From the NCBI GenBank assembly GCA_022572885.1, contig JACZVC010000003.1, positions 70,223 through 134,222 of the forward strand: DNA of 64,000 nucleotides, written 5' to 3'. Positions 10,792 to 21,244 of the stretch are shown in pieces. The position numbers were made by a program, and so were the translations under genes. Within the stretch, counting starts at the first letter, position 1; each line of letters begins with the position of its first letter. The stretch is from Pseudomonadota bacterium (GTDB taxonomy: Bacteria > Pseudomonadota > Gammaproteobacteria > Steroidobacterales > MnTg04). The notes under the pieces are model-generated. The model was not told where the DNA came from and searched no databases. It saw only the letters and a program-made list of their open reading frames with translations.

Positions 10792-12378
10792 TCACGGCAT
10801 CTCCGCCAACGCACCGGGCTTCAGCTCGCGTACCAGCCCGGTTGTGATGCGGGCCGAGTGAGCAAATATCGATAGCTGTGGGTTCGCGCCGACGCTGGTT
10901 GGAAAAACGGAACCATCGACAACCGTCAGGTTATCGAGCTGATGATGCCTGCCACTGGCAGCAATCACCGACTCGCGCGGATTCACCCCCATGCCGCACC
11001 CGCCCATCAAATGCGCGCTGAACAAAGCCACTTTGTAAGGCGCCAGCGGCAAACGGTCGATCTGCGCCATGACGCGTGCAAGGCTGGTATCGAATTCGCC
11101 ATCGAGATGACCGGGCATCACCTCGCGTGCCCCGCCGGCAAACTGGATCTCGGCCATCGCGTGCCAGCCCCGGCGTACGCCATCCCAAAGATGCTCGTTG
11201 AGCGGATAATCCAGGATGCCCCGACCATCGCCCTGGAGCTGCACCTCGCCACCCGGGCTTTGTTCATCGAAGCCGTCACGTTGCAGCGCAATCAATATAT
11301 TGAGCCTCGGCAACTCCTGCATGCCCGCCGCAAGCTTCCGGCCGTGCCAGCCGAGAATGCCGGCGGCGAGCCCCGGGTGTATCGGCGGCACCTCTAGCTT
11401 GAACCCGGCCGGACCCTCGGCGCCGTCAGGCCACTGATAGTGATCGCTGTAAATGCTTTGTGGCGCACCATAGTACCCATCCACCGCCGACGGCATGCGG
11501 GCGAGGCTGGTGCTGGTCGGATGTAAAAAGCTGCGCTTGCCGAGCACGCGGTAGGGATCGGGCGCGGCAGAACGCATCAGCAGCGCCGGAGTGTGGATCG
11601 CTCCACCGGCAAGCAAATACTGTTTTGCCCGGATCCGCAGGGTCACGCCGGTCGGATTGATGCTTTTCGCATCCAGTGCCTGGGCAATCAAACTTTCGAC
11701 CCGGTCGCGCCGGATTTCCAGCTTCCACGCACGGGTTCGGACATAGAGACTGGCGCCGTATTCGAGCGCGCCGGGGATCGTGGTCACCAGCATCGACTGC
11801 TTCGCATCCAGCGGGCAACCCATGCCGCAATAACCGAGATTGGCGCAACCGCTGACGTTGCGGGGAGTAACAGCCCAGTGCAGGCCGAGCCTTGCACACC
11901 CCGATCTGAGTACTTCGTTATTGGCATTGGGCGCAACGTCCCACGGTTTGATATTGAATCTGTGCTCCGCCCAGTCGAACCAGGGCGACAGGTTTGCTGC
12001 CGATACTTCCGCTAACCCGAATCGATTTGCCCAATACCCGAGGGTCTGGTCGGGGGTACGCAGGCTGGTGGTCCAGTTGACGGTGGTGCCGCCGCCGACC
12101 GTCTGTCCGCGGAGGATGGCGATGCTGTGGTCCGCGGTTGTCAGGTTGGCGCCTTCGGCATAGAGGCGGTTATACGCCCGCTGTTCGTGCATATTGAAGT
12201 CGCGGCTAAGCTGCAACGGGCCGGTTTCGAGCATAATGACCCGCAGGCCGGACCTGGCCATTAACTCGGCGGCCACCCCGCCGCCCGCACCGGTGCCAAC
12301 GATGACGACATCCGCCTCCAGCCGTTGATTGCTTTGCAGGCGCGTGCCATCGACCACATGATGATGTGCGGCGATCAT
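10792..12378 (-). CDS. GMC-family FAD-dependent oxidoreductase
   Basis: 528 aa. N-terminal Rossmann motif VVIVGTGAGGGVAAE and a GMC C-terminal region (NLTVVDGSVFPTSVGANP). Confidence 0.85.
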   Translation of the reverse strand: MIAAHHHVVDGTRLQSNQRLEADVVIVGTGAGGGVAAELMARSGLRVIMLETGPLQLSRDFNMHEQRAYNRLYAEGANLTTADHSIAILRGQTVGGGTTVNWTTSLRTPDQTLGYWANRFGLAEVSAANLSPWFDWAEHRFNIKPWDVAPNANNEVLRSGCARLGLHWAVTPRNVSGCANLGYCGMGCPLDAKQSMLVTTIPGALEYGASLYVRTRAWKLEIRRDRVESLIAQALDAKSINPTGVTLRIRAKQYLLAGGAIHTPALLMRSAAPDPYRVLGKRSFLHPTSTSLARMPSAVDGYYGAPQSIYSDHYQWPDGAEGPAGFKLEVPPIHPGLAAGILGWHGRKLAAGMQELPRLNILIALQRDGFDEQSPGGEVQLQGDGRGILDYPLNEHLWDGVRRGWHAMAEIQFAGGAREVMPGHLDGEFDTSLARVMAQIDRLPLAPYKVALFSAHLMGGCGMGVNPRESVIAASGRHHQLDNLTVVDGSVFPTSVGANPQLSIFAHSARITTGLVRELKPGALAEMP

Positions 12379-12381
12379 CGA

Positions 12382-12972
12382 TCAGACCTTCGCTATGGCG
12401 CTGGTTTCAGCCGCCCACGAAGGCGGCCCCGGATAATTCGATTGCCGGTAATTCGCCGGCAGTGCAAACCAGTTGCTTGCGAGCAGCCTGGTCAGCGTGC
12501 GGTAAGCCAGGTTGAAGCGGCCAAACGACGATTGGCTCCAGTTATTCAAAAAGGTGTCGATCTCTGCAACAGTTGCCTCGTGCAGCGGTTTCCAAAGACC
12601 CGTCAGCAACCAGCGCGTGATTCGAAAATCCAGCGCGGCCAGCAGGCGCGCCAATTGTTCGCGGCTGTCGCTGCTCAGGCTGGAAACGCTGGTTGAAACC
12701 GCTGCCAGCAGGCTGTCCAGGCTGTCTTTCCTCGCGCTCGGCTGCGTCGGCAACAACCCATGCAAGACCGCCGGCGCCAACATACGAAGCAGTTGGGTTT
12801 CGGCGGCAGCGAGCGGGACTCTCAGCACATTGGCCGAACTGCAGCCGGATACGACACCACCGGTTCCCGCCAACCACGCGGCGCCGGCCAGTCCGCCCAG
12901 AAACCGCCTTCGTTGCGGATCGAAGGAACTGCTTTCCCGTGATTCCTGTGCGCTGGTGCGACCACTCATCAT
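12382..12972 (-). CDS. Tat-signal small subunit of the GMC dehydrogenase (gluconate 2-dehydrogenase subunit 3-like)
   Basis: Twin-arginine motif QRRRFLGGLAGAAW. Located immediately upstream of the GMC gene with a 3-nt gap. Start taken at MMSGR so that it does not overlap comF. Confidence 0.65.
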   Translation of the reverse strand: MMSGRTSAQESRESSSFDPQRRRFLGGLAGAAWLAGTGGVVSGCSSANVLRVPLAAAETQLLRMLAPAVLHGLLPTQPSARKDSLDSLLAAVSTSVSSLSSDSREQLARLLAALDFRITRWLLTGLWKPLHEATVAEIDTFLNNWSQSSFGRFNLAYRTLTRLLASNWFALPANYRQSNYPGPPSWAAETSAIAKV

Positions 12973-13007
12973 CGAAAAATAACGCCGTCTGCTTGCAGCG
13001 GCAAGCC

Positions 13008-13742
13008 TCAGGCCCGGGCCAGGCACCAGACCAGCACCTCTAGCGTACCCTGGCTTTTGAAAGTGCGGGCAAGTTCGGCGCAGGTGCTACCGGTCGTCAT
13101 GACATCGTCGATGATAATGACCTGCTCCGGAACTGTTTTGGCGCGCAGCGCAAATGCTCTTTGCATATTTTTGTGCCTCTCTTCCGCGCGTAATCCACTT
13201 TGCGCCGGGGTATCGCGAACCCGGTTGCACAGCTCGGTGCGAATGGCGAGCGGCCTCATCAGGCCAATCGTACGAGCCAGCTCGGTGGCCTGATTAAAGC
13301 CGCGTTGCCATAATCGCCGTCGATGCAAGGGAACCGGCACGATGTTCACCGGCCCGGTCGTGGTTGCGCCTGGCACCGAGGTCAACCGCCCGACGCCGGT
13401 GAGATGGTGAGCCAGCAGCCGCCCCAGGACGCGGCCCATGGCCAGGTTTCCGCTGAATTTGAATTGCTGAATCATTTTGTCGATGGGCCAGGCGTAGCGA
13501 TACGGCGCAATGACCCGTTTGAATGGCGGCCGGTTTTTCTGGCAGGCTCCACAAATCATCGCATTGCAACCTGCCGGCCGGGCGCAAATTACGCAACCAT
13601 CGGTCAAACGCGGTAAATCGCGATAGCATCCGGCGCACAAATCCAGCGCCGGCGCCGCCATGCCGGGGCCATCGCAAAGGACGCACTTAGGCTGCAAAAA
13701 AATGGCCTGCACGCGCAGCAGCTTGCGCGTTATCGCTGACAT
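13008..13742 (-). CDS. comF: ComF-family protein (amidophosphoribosyltransferase-like)
   Basis: N-terminal Cys-rich zinc-finger pattern (C.LCDG...CAGCY...C..C) and a C-terminal PRTase motif (VIIIDDVMTTGST). Start taken at MSAITRK (13742). The upstream 75 codons of the track ORF look non-coding. Confidence 0.8.
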   Translation of the reverse strand: MSAITRKLLRVQAIFLQPKCVLCDGPGMAAPALDLCAGCYRDLPRLTDGCVICARPAGCNAMICGACQKNRPPFKRVIAPYRYAWPIDKMIQQFKFSGNLAMGRVLGRLLAHHLTGVGRLTSVPGATTTGPVNIVPVPLHRRRLWQRGFNQATELARTIGLMRPLAIRTELCNRVRDTPAQSGLRAEERHKNMQRAFALRAKTVPEQVIIIDDVMTTGSTCAELARTFKSQGTLEVLVWCLARA

Positions 13743-13991
13743 TCGATGTACCCGCTCAACTGTTGTCCAAAAACCCCCGTGAGTATGTGGTTCGTACGCA
13801 GACGCCGACAGTGTCGTATCCACACCGGCGCGGCAGATATTCGTCAGCCGGGACTGAAAACGCGCAGACGGACGCCGCGCCGCCGTGGATCTGCGCCGCC
13901 CGTTGCCGATGCAAACCGGGCAGGTATGGAAACACGGGCCGCGAACGGTGAATAATGGACAGACCATGCCAAGCGATGCCTACGACCAACG

Positions 13992-14873
13992 ATGAACAGC
14001 CGCCAGGACCGGATTTTCCATCCAGACGCCGCCCGGGTCAGGCAGGCCTTCAATCGGTCTGCAAAAAGCTATGACAACTCGGCGGTTCTCGAACTCGAGG
14101 TCATGGAACGCCTGCTGCAAAGGCTGGACCTGGTGCGCCTGGAACCGGAACTGATTCTGGACGCCGGCGCGGGTACCTGCAGGGCGATCCCGAATCTCAG
14201 ACGCCGCTATCCTGCGAGTCGCATCCTGGCCGTTGATTTTGCCGAGCGGATGGTGGCTGCCGCCCCACCGTCGATCGACGGCCAGCACGCGATCTGTGCC
14301 GATCTGGCGAGGCTGCCGTTGCCCGATGACAGCGTCGACCTGGTGTTTTGCAACCTGGCTTTGCCCTGGGTAACCGATATCGACCGGGTGTTCGGCGAAT
14401 TCTATCGGGTGCTGAAGCCTCGCGGCCTGGTCGGCTTCAGCAGTTATGGTCCGGATACCTTGTATGAGCTGCGCCTGGCCTGGTCGGCAACAGACGCTGG
14501 CCGGCGCTTTATGGAATTTCCCGATATGCATAACATCGGTGACGCCCTGGTCCACAGCGGGCTGGCCGAGCCTGTCATGGATGCGGAACATTTTACGCTG
14601 ACTTACGACAGCGTACGAAATTTGCTGGATGACCTGATCGACACCGGTGCGCAAAATGTGATCCAGGGCACAATGCCGAAGCTTGTCAGCGGGCAGAATG
14701 TCCGTGCATTGGCGGATGCCTACGAGGGTTTTCGGCACCAGGGAAAACTCCCCGCCACTTATGAAGTGGTCTACGGGCACGCCTGGGGACCGATCGAAAA
14801 AAGAGCGCGGCCGGTTGGTCCGGGTGAGTTCCGAATTCCCGCCAGTGGCATCGGCCTGCGCAGAAAGGACTGA
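13992..14873 (+). CDS. bioC: malonyl-ACP O-methyltransferase BioC
   Basis: SAM-methyltransferase motif ILDAGAGTC and an N-terminal F.RSA.SYD pattern. Directly upstream of bioD. Confidence 0.8.
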   Translation: MNSRQDRIFHPDAARVRQAFNRSAKSYDNSAVLELEVMERLLQRLDLVRLEPELILDAGAGTCRAIPNLRRRYPASRILAVDFAERMVAAAPPSIDGQHAICADLARLPLPDDSVDLVFCNLALPWVTDIDRVFGEFYRVLKPRGLVGFSSYGPDTLYELRLAWSATDAGRRFMEFPDMHNIGDALVHSGLAEPVMDAEHFTLTYDSVRNLLDDLIDTGAQNVIQGTMPKLVSGQNVRALADAYEGFRHQGKLPATYEVVYGHAWGPIEKRARPVGPGEFRIPASGIGLRRKD

Positions 14874-14878
14874 ATTCG

Positions 14879-15565
14879 ATGAGTCGGGGACTGTTTATTA
14901 CCGGAACGGATATCGGTGTCGGCAAGACTCTGATTACCAGCGCGCTGCTCCAGGCATTGGGCGCCGCAGGACATACCACGCTGGCGATGAAACCGATCGC
15001 GACCGGTTGCTGGCAGACTGCTGATGGCCTGCGGAGCGAAGACGCGGAAAACCTGATTTCGGCGATGAACCAGGACGCGAGCTACCGGGAAGTCAACCCG
15101 GTGGCGCTCGAAACGTCTGCCGAACCGATCGTCTCGGCGATGCGGAACCGGGTTAACTTCACGACCGACGAAATAGCGGCCCAGGCGGTCAGCCTGTCCA
15201 GGAGAGCCGACTGGCTGCTGATCGAAGGACCCGGGGGCGTACAAACCCCGATTACCGGCAAGTACACGACGGCGGACCTGGCTCTGGCGATCGGTTTTCC
15301 GGTCTTGCTGGTCGTTGGTCTGCGTATCGGCTGCCTCAATCACGCAACTTTGAGCGTTGATTTACTGCAACAGAAAGGGCTCCGGATCGCCGGCTGGATC
15401 GGCAATGAGCATGACGGTGCAATGGCCGAACTGGAACCCACTGTGCACACGCTGGAGAAACAAATACCGGCGGATTGCCTGGCAATCATACGCTGGCAGC
15501 CCCGCCTGGACCCTCAAAAAATGGCCAGGCAACTGCACCCGGCGGCAAGAAAAATCAGCCGTTGA
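14879..15565 (+). CDS. bioD: dethiobiotin synthase
   Basis: The N-terminus MSRGLFITGTDIGVGKT is diagnostic of BioD. Confidence 0.9.
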   Translation: MSRGLFITGTDIGVGKTLITSALLQALGAAGHTTLAMKPIATGCWQTADGLRSEDAENLISAMNQDASYREVNPVALETSAEPIVSAMRNRVNFTTDEIAAQAVSLSRRADWLLIEGPGGVQTPITGKYTTADLALAIGFPVLLVVGLRIGCLNHATLSVDLLQQKGLRIAGWIGNEHDGAMAELEPTVHTLEKQIPADCLAIIRWQPRLDPQKMARQLHPAARKISR

Positions 15566-15812
15566 CATAGAGATTCTGTCGTTTCGCCGCTAACCAGCAA
15601 TGTGCCCCGACCGGGTGGCGGGCCGGCAACATCGCGTACGGTTTTCTTGCACCCAAAATAGGCATCAAGTAGCATTAACGCGTCTTGGGCATGAGCCGCT
15701 CCTGACCTATAAACCAAGAAAATCCGCGGCGCGGGTACTGATAATCCAAAGCGGGAGTCAGTCCTGGTGGATTCCTAGGCATCAAAATCGGAAACATAGG
15801 GAGTTGGGATTA

Positions 15813-16970
15813 ATGACCAACAGTTCTGGAATCCGCTTGGCCGGAAAAATTACGACGCTTCTTACTCTGATGACTATCGCGCCGGCCGCTTTTGCCGACA
15901 TGGTACTCAACCTCAGGCGCGGCGTTACCGACATCAGTCAAACCGTTTATGAGCTGCATATGCTGATCCTCTGGGTGTGCGTGGTTATCGCCATCGTGGT
16001 GTTTGGCGTGATGATCGTATCCATCATCTTGCACCGGCGCTCGCGCGGAGCCGAGGCGGCTAAATTCTCGCACAGTACGAAAGCGGAACTGATCTGGACG
16101 ATTATCCCCGTCATTATCCTGGTCTGGATGGCCGTGCCGTCCGCCAAAACCCTGGTGGACATGGAAGACTTTCGTGGCTCCGAAATGACCATCAAAGTCA
16201 CCGGCTATCAGTGGCGATGGCATTACGAGTACCTGGGGACGGATGTCAATTTCTTCAGCTCGCTCGCCAGATCGAGCAACATAGCCCGTCGGTTCCGCTC
16301 CGGCGTGGATCCTTACTCGGTCGAAAACTATTTACTGGACGTAGACAAACCGCTGGTTGTACCAGTCGATACCAAGATTCGCCTGCTGCTCACAGCGAAC
16401 GATGTGATTCATTCCTGGTGGATGCCAAGCTTCGCCGTCAAAAAAGACGCCATCCCGGGTTTCATCAACGAGATCTGGTTCAAGGCCAATGAAACCGGCA
16501 CCTATCGCGGGCAGTGCGCCGAGCTTTGCGGAAGAGGCCATGGTTTCATGCCGATCGTTGTCGATGTATTGAGCAAGCAGGATTACGCAGCCTGGATCGA
16601 TGCGAAAGACGGCGGCGACGCCGTTGCCATGGTTGAATCGACGATTAACGCAGCCGCGGAAGTGCCGACGGTAGCCGAGGAATTGAGCGGTGAGCAACTG
16701 TACAACATCAGTTGCAGCGCCTGTCATCAGGCCAACGGCCAGGGTCTGCCACCGGTGTTCCCGAGCTTGGTCGACAGCGCCGTGGTCAATGGCCCGGCAG
16801 CGGATCATATCGATATCGTGATGAACGGTCGCGTGGGTACCGCCATGATCGGTTTTTCCACGCAGCTCGGCGATGCGGAGCTGGCCGCCATCATTAACTA
16901 TGAACGCAACGCCTGGGGGCTGAACAGCGCTGATACCGTCCAAGCCTCGGATATCGCAGCAGCAAGATAA
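15813..16970 (+). CDS. coxB: cytochrome c oxidase subunit II with C-terminal cytochrome c domain
   Basis: CuA site DVIHSWWMP...CAELCGRGHGFM and a C-terminal CSACH haem-binding motif. Start at ATG 15813 (MTNSSG, signal/TM segment). The track ORF starts 213 nt earlier. Confidence 0.9.
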   Translation: MTNSSGIRLAGKITTLLTLMTIAPAAFADMVLNLRRGVTDISQTVYELHMLILWVCVVIAIVVFGVMIVSIILHRRSRGAEAAKFSHSTKAELIWTIIPVIILVWMAVPSAKTLVDMEDFRGSEMTIKVTGYQWRWHYEYLGTDVNFFSSLARSSNIARRFRSGVDPYSVENYLLDVDKPLVVPVDTKIRLLLTANDVIHSWWMPSFAVKKDAIPGFINEIWFKANETGTYRGQCAELCGRGHGFMPIVVDVLSKQDYAAWIDAKDGGDAVAMVESTINAAAEVPTVAEELSGEQLYNISCSACHQANGQGLPPVFPSLVDSAVVNGPAADHIDIVMNGRVGTAMIGFSTQLGDAELAAIINYERNAWGLNSADTVQASDIAAAR

Positions 16971-16976
16971 AAATAA

Positions 16977-18587
16977 ATGGAGAACAGTATGGGCCCTGAG
17001 TACGAAGCCACGGCTGATCAGCATCACGTCGACGATCACGATCACCACGGTGCGCCGAGCGGTATCAAACGCTGGCTATTTTCAACTAACCACAAAGACA
17101 TCGGGACCATGTACCTGGTGTTTTCTCTGCTGATGTTTTTTATCGGCGGAGCAATGATCATGATCGTCCGGGCCGAGCTGTTCCAGCCTGGCCTGCAGTT
17201 TGTCGATCCGGCGTTCTTTAATCAGATGACGACCATGCATGCACTGGTCATGGTGTTCGGCGCGATAATGCCGGCTTTCGTGGGCCTGGCCAACTGGATG
17301 ATACCGATGATGGTTGGCGCCCCCGACATGGCGCTACCGAGAATGAACAACTGGAGCTTCTGGTTGCTCCCGGTGGGCTTTACGTTTCTGTTAGCGACGT
17401 TGTTTATGCCCGGCGGTGCCCCTGCGGCTGGCTGGACCATGTACCCGCCGCTGGTCTTGCAGACCGGCGACGCGTTCCCGTTTCTGGTGTTTGCCGTGCA
17501 CATCCTCGGTGCGTCCTCAATCATGGGCGCGATCAATATTATCGTGACCATCATGAATATGCGTGCACCGATGATGACCCTCCTGAAAATGCCTTTGTTC
17601 GTCTGGACGTGGTTTATTACCGCCTTCCTGTTGCTGGCCGCAATGCCGGTCTTCGCGGGCGCGGTAACCATGCTGCTGTTCGACCAGTTCTTCGGAACTC
17701 ATTTCTTCAATGCCGCGGGTGGCGGCGACCCGGTGATGTTCCAGCATATTTTCTGGTTCTTCGGACATCCCGAGGTCTACATCATGATCTTGCCCGCGTT
17801 TGGGATCGTTTCGGAAATTATTCCGACCTTTGCCCGCAAACCACTATTTGGCTACAACTCGATGGTGTACGCGACCGCCAGCATCGCTGTCCTGTCGTTT
17901 ATCGTCTGGGCGCATCACATGTTCACAGTTGGCATGCCGCTGGCCGGCCAACTGTTTTTCATGTTCTCCACGATGCTGATTTCGGTACCAACCGGCGTCA
18001 AAGTCTTTAACTGGATAGCAACGATGTGGCGGGGTTCGATGACCTTTGAAACGCCGATGCTGTTTTCCCTGGCGTTCGTGTTCCTGTTTACGATCGGCGG
18101 CTTTTCCGGCCTGATGCTGGCCATTACGCCGGTAGATTTCCAGTATCACGACACCTATTTCGTGGTAGCCCACTTCCATTACGTGCTGGTGCCGGGCTCG
18201 TTGTTCGGCATCATGGCGGGAGTCTACTACTGGCTGCCGAAGTGGACCGGTCATATCGTTGACGAAAAGCTCGCCAAGATGCATTTCTGGTTATCGGCGA
18301 TATTCGTCAACATCACGTTCTTCCCGCAGCATTTCCTGGGGCTTGCCGGGATGCCGAGACGAATCCCGGACTACTCGACCCAGTTTGCCGATTTCAACAT
18401 GATGTCTTCGCTCGGCGCCTTCGGTTTCGGGCTGTCGCAACTGCTGTTCGTTTACATCCTTTACCAGACCGTCAAGGGTGGTAAAAAGGCCAGTAGCGAG
18501 GTCTGGGACAACCCCATTGGCCTGGAATGGACCGTACCCTCACCGGCGCCGCATCATACCTTCGAAACCGCACCCGAGATGAGGTGA
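16977..18587 (+). CDS. ctaD: cytochrome c oxidase subunit I
   Basis: 536 aa with WFFGHPEVYI and VAHFHYV motifs. Confidence 0.95.
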   Translation: MENSMGPEYEATADQHHVDDHDHHGAPSGIKRWLFSTNHKDIGTMYLVFSLLMFFIGGAMIMIVRAELFQPGLQFVDPAFFNQMTTMHALVMVFGAIMPAFVGLANWMIPMMVGAPDMALPRMNNWSFWLLPVGFTFLLATLFMPGGAPAAGWTMYPPLVLQTGDAFPFLVFAVHILGASSIMGAINIIVTIMNMRAPMMTLLKMPLFVWTWFITAFLLLAAMPVFAGAVTMLLFDQFFGTHFFNAAGGGDPVMFQHIFWFFGHPEVYIMILPAFGIVSEIIPTFARKPLFGYNSMVYATASIAVLSFIVWAHHMFTVGMPLAGQLFFMFSTMLISVPTGVKVFNWIATMWRGSMTFETPMLFSLAFVFLFTIGGFSGLMLAITPVDFQYHDTYFVVAHFHYVLVPGSLFGIMAGVYYWLPKWTGHIVDEKLAKMHFWLSAIFVNITFFPQHFLGLAGMPRRIPDYSTQFADFNMMSSLGAFGFGLSQLLFVYILYQTVKGGKKASSEVWDNPIGLEWTVPSPAPHHTFETAPEMR

Positions 18588-18599
18588 GATTGGCGCAAC

Positions 18600-18716
18600 A
18601 TGGATTCCCCTGTATCGAAAAGAAAGGTTCGCGTGGCGGCGATAATACTGGGCCTGGTAGCGGCAGGATTTTATGTCTTGATTATTGTTGCAACCGGGCT
18701 TAGATCGTCGGGATGA
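18600..18716 (+). CDS. 38-aa single-TM peptide (cytochrome oxidase small assembly protein-like)
   Basis: My own translation is [38 protein letters not shown]. Its TGA overlaps the ctaG ATG as ATGA. It is below the size cutoff of the ORF track. Confidence 0.5.
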   Translation: MDSPVSKRKVRVAAIILGLVAAGFYVLIIVATGLRSSG

Positions 18717-19276
18717 GTAAACAAAAACACGTCGTCCATTTCAGCCTGACCACGCAGTTGTTTGCGCTGGTCGTGGCCATGTTTGGTTTTGGTTTTGCGC
18801 TGGTTCCACTGTACGACGCTTTTTGCCAGATCCTAGGCATCGGCGGCAAAACCGCGGCACAAGCTGTCGAAGTCGTGGAAGCGCCTGAATTGAACCGCGA
18901 AATCGTGGTTGAATTTGTGACCACGGTAAACCAGGACGCTCCCTGGGAGTTCCGCGCCGGGGTTGCGGAAATGCGGGTTCATCCGGGCAAGCTATACCAG
19001 GCGACTTTCTTTGCCCGCAATCTGACTGGCCAGACGCAGGTCGGTCAGGCGGTGCCGAGCGTCGCGCCCGGCCAAGTGGCAAAGTACTTCAGAAAGACCG
19101 AGTGCTTTTGTTTCGAGCCACAAAGTTTTTCCGCCCATGAAGGCCGCGACATGCCGGTCGTATTTATCCTGGATCCGGAAATCCCACGACATATAGACCG
19201 GATCACCTTGTCATATACATTTTTTGCCCTGGAAACCCTGGCGGGTGTCGTCGCCAATAATCCATCTGAGATTTGA
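18713..19276 (+). CDS. ctaG: cytochrome c oxidase assembly protein CtaG/Cox11
   Basis: 187 aa with the Cox11 pattern (CFCF copper site: [10 protein letters not shown]). Confidence 0.9.
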   Translation: MSKQKHVVHFSLTTQLFALVVAMFGFGFALVPLYDAFCQILGIGGKTAAQAVEVVEAPELNREIVVEFVTTVNQDAPWEFRAGVAEMRVHPGKLYQATFFARNLTGQTQVGQAVPSVAPGQVAKYFRKTECFCFEPQSFSAHEGRDMPVVFILDPEIPRHIDRITLSYTFFALETLAGVVANNPSEI

Positions 19277-19293
19277 ATCGGGGATTTGCGTTT

Positions 19294-20160
19294 ATGGATC
19301 ACACACACGATAAGTATTACATCCCTCACGGTAGCCATTGGCCGATCGTCGGCAGTTTCGCGCTGTTTGTGATGCTTGGCGGCTTCGCCGTCTACCTGAA
19401 CGGCGCTGAAATCGGCGGCGTGGCGTCGCTGTTCGGCCTGGCGATACTGATTGCGATGATGGCCGGCTGGTTTGGCAACGTAATTGCCGAAAGCATGGCC
19501 GGTTATTACAACTCTCAGGTGGACAAGTCCTTCCGTATGGGAATGATGTGGTTCATTTTTTCCGAAGTCATGTTCTTCGCCGCATTTTTCGGCGCCTTGT
19601 TCTATGCCCGGCAACTGGCGATCCCCTGGCTCGGTGGCGAAGGAGCCAAGTTCATGACCAACCTGCTACTGTGGCCGGGCTTCGAGGCGATGTGGCCGAG
19701 TAACGGCCCGGCGCATGCAGGCGGTGAATTCGAAACGATGGCCGCCGCAGGCCTGCCGGCAATCAACACCGCAATACTCCTGACCAGCAGCGTAACCATC
19801 ACGATCGCCCATCACGCGTTGAAGAACGGCAACCGCCTGCTGCTGAATCTCGGTGTACTGGTGACGATAATCCTGGGTTTTGGTTTTATTTCTCTACAAG
19901 CTTATGAGTACATGCACGCCTATAGTGAACTCAACCTGAAACTCAGCACCGGAATTTATGGCTCGACGTTTTTTGTACTGACCGGCTTCCACGGCCTGCA
20001 TGTCACGGTAGGCGCAATATTCCTGACCGTGATCTGGTTTCGCGTACTGCGTGGCCATTTCACCCCACAGAAGCATTTTGCCTTCGAGGCGGCTGCCTGG
20101 TACTGGCATTTCGTCGATGTCGTTTGGCTGTGCCTGTACTTTTTCGTCTACTGGCTGTAG
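19294..20160 (+). CDS. coxC: cytochrome c oxidase subunit III
   Basis: Seven-TM subunit III pattern ending in WYWHFVDVVWL. Start taken at MDHTHDKYY. Confidence 0.9.
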   Translation: MDHTHDKYYIPHGSHWPIVGSFALFVMLGGFAVYLNGAEIGGVASLFGLAILIAMMAGWFGNVIAESMAGYYNSQVDKSFRMGMMWFIFSEVMFFAAFFGALFYARQLAIPWLGGEGAKFMTNLLLWPGFEAMWPSNGPAHAGGEFETMAAAGLPAINTAILLTSSVTITIAHHALKNGNRLLLNLGVLVTIILGFGFISLQAYEYMHAYSELNLKLSTGIYGSTFFVLTGFHGLHVTVGAIFLTVIWFRVLRGHFTPQKHFAFEAAAWYWHFVDVVWLCLYFFVYWL

Positions 20161-20177
20161 GCGAAGGACAAAAGACC

Positions 20178-20208
20178 GGGGCGCCGTGGCCGCACGGCGC
20201 CCCTTTTT
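20178..20208 (+). terminator. rho-independent terminator after coxC (between convergent genes)
   Basis: GGGGCGCCGTG (20178-20188), loop GCCG, CACGGCGCCCC (20193-20203), followed by TTTTT. Confidence 0.8.
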
Positions 20209-20239
20209 ATTTGATCGCCGTACGCTCCGGGCGCCGGTC

Positions 20240-20446
20240 TTATTGAGGAACAATGCCGTGTGGCTGGATCAGACCGAAATACCAGGCAACCATGAGCAAG
20301 ACAAACAAGCCGATCGACATTCCGATCCGCCAGCTCAGCATCCGGACGACCCGATCTGTTTTTCCATCATCGCTGACCAGGTAACGCAGTGCTGAGCCCA
20401 GGCTGATGATGATGGCCAGCAGGATTAACAGGGCTAACAGGCGCAT
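20240..20446 (-). CDS. twin-TM small membrane protein (DUF2909-like)
   Basis: 68 aa with two hydrophobic helices. A protein of this kind commonly sits between coxC and SURF1 in proteobacterial aa3 oxidase clusters. Confidence 0.65.
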   Translation of the reverse strand: MRLLALLILLAIIISLGSALRYLVSDDGKTDRVVRMLSWRIGMSIGLFVLLMVAWYFGLIQPHGIVPQ

Positions 20447-20479
20447 GATGATTTACGGCGAGCCTCCGGCCGGACAAGT

Positions 20480-21244
20480 GTGGAACTACAATATATCGTG
20501 ATCAGGGGAAAAAGAAGGGCTGAAAATACCGTGTGGTTGATTCCTTCAGCCGCGGCAGTCGTATGCTTCGTGCTGTTTGCCAACCTCGGACTATGGCAGT
20601 TGGAACGCGCACAGGAAAAAGACGCTTTGTTTGCCAGTTTCGAGCAACAGCAGCCGACGGCGGCCCCACTTGGCCTGGCCAGCAATGAAAGCGCGGAAAA
20701 AAGCCGCTACCAGCATAGAAAAGTTTACGGCCATTACGATAGCGCCCATCAATTCCTCCTCGATAACATGGTCCATGAAGGCAAGGTGGGTTTCCAGGTG
20801 CTGACGCCTCTGATCCTGCCCGACCGGCAGCGCGCCTTGCTGATCAACCGCGGCTGGATTCCGCTCGTCGGCACGCGTCAGGATTTGCCGCCGGTGACAG
20901 TCGAAACCGGCTTGCGGCAGGTGACGGGCCGCATCGACCGGTTGCCCAGGGCCGGATTTCGCCCGGGACCGGGCGTCACAATGGCCCGGCATGACTGGCC
21001 GAAACTGGCTTTGTTCCCGACGGCAAGCGAGCTGGAGGATGTGCTCGATTACCCCTTGTTTGATTTTGTCTTGTTGCTGGATAAACGCGAGCCCGATGGG
21101 TACCTGCGGCAATGGAGGCCAACGGTAATGAGCGCCAACCAGCATCGTGGCTATGCTTTTCAGTGGTTCGCCATGGCCGCGGCAATATTGATTCTTTTCA
21201 CAGTACTGTCCTGGAAATACTGGACACCGAGATCGCAAGAATGA
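20480..21244 (+). CDS. SURF1-family cytochrome oxidase assembly protein
   Basis: The LGLWQLERAQEK motif, two terminal TM segments, and the cluster context support the call. Exact start uncertain. Confidence 0.8.
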   Translation: MELQYIVIRGKRRAENTVWLIPSAAAVVCFVLFANLGLWQLERAQEKDALFASFEQQQPTAAPLGLASNESAEKSRYQHRKVYGHYDSAHQFLLDNMVHEGKVGFQVLTPLILPDRQRALLINRGWIPLVGTRQDLPPVTVETGLRQVTGRIDRLPRAGFRPGPGVTMARHDWPKLALFPTASELEDVLDYPLFDFVLLLDKREPDGYLRQWRPTVMSANQHRGYAFQWFAMAAAILILFTVLSWKYWTPRSQE

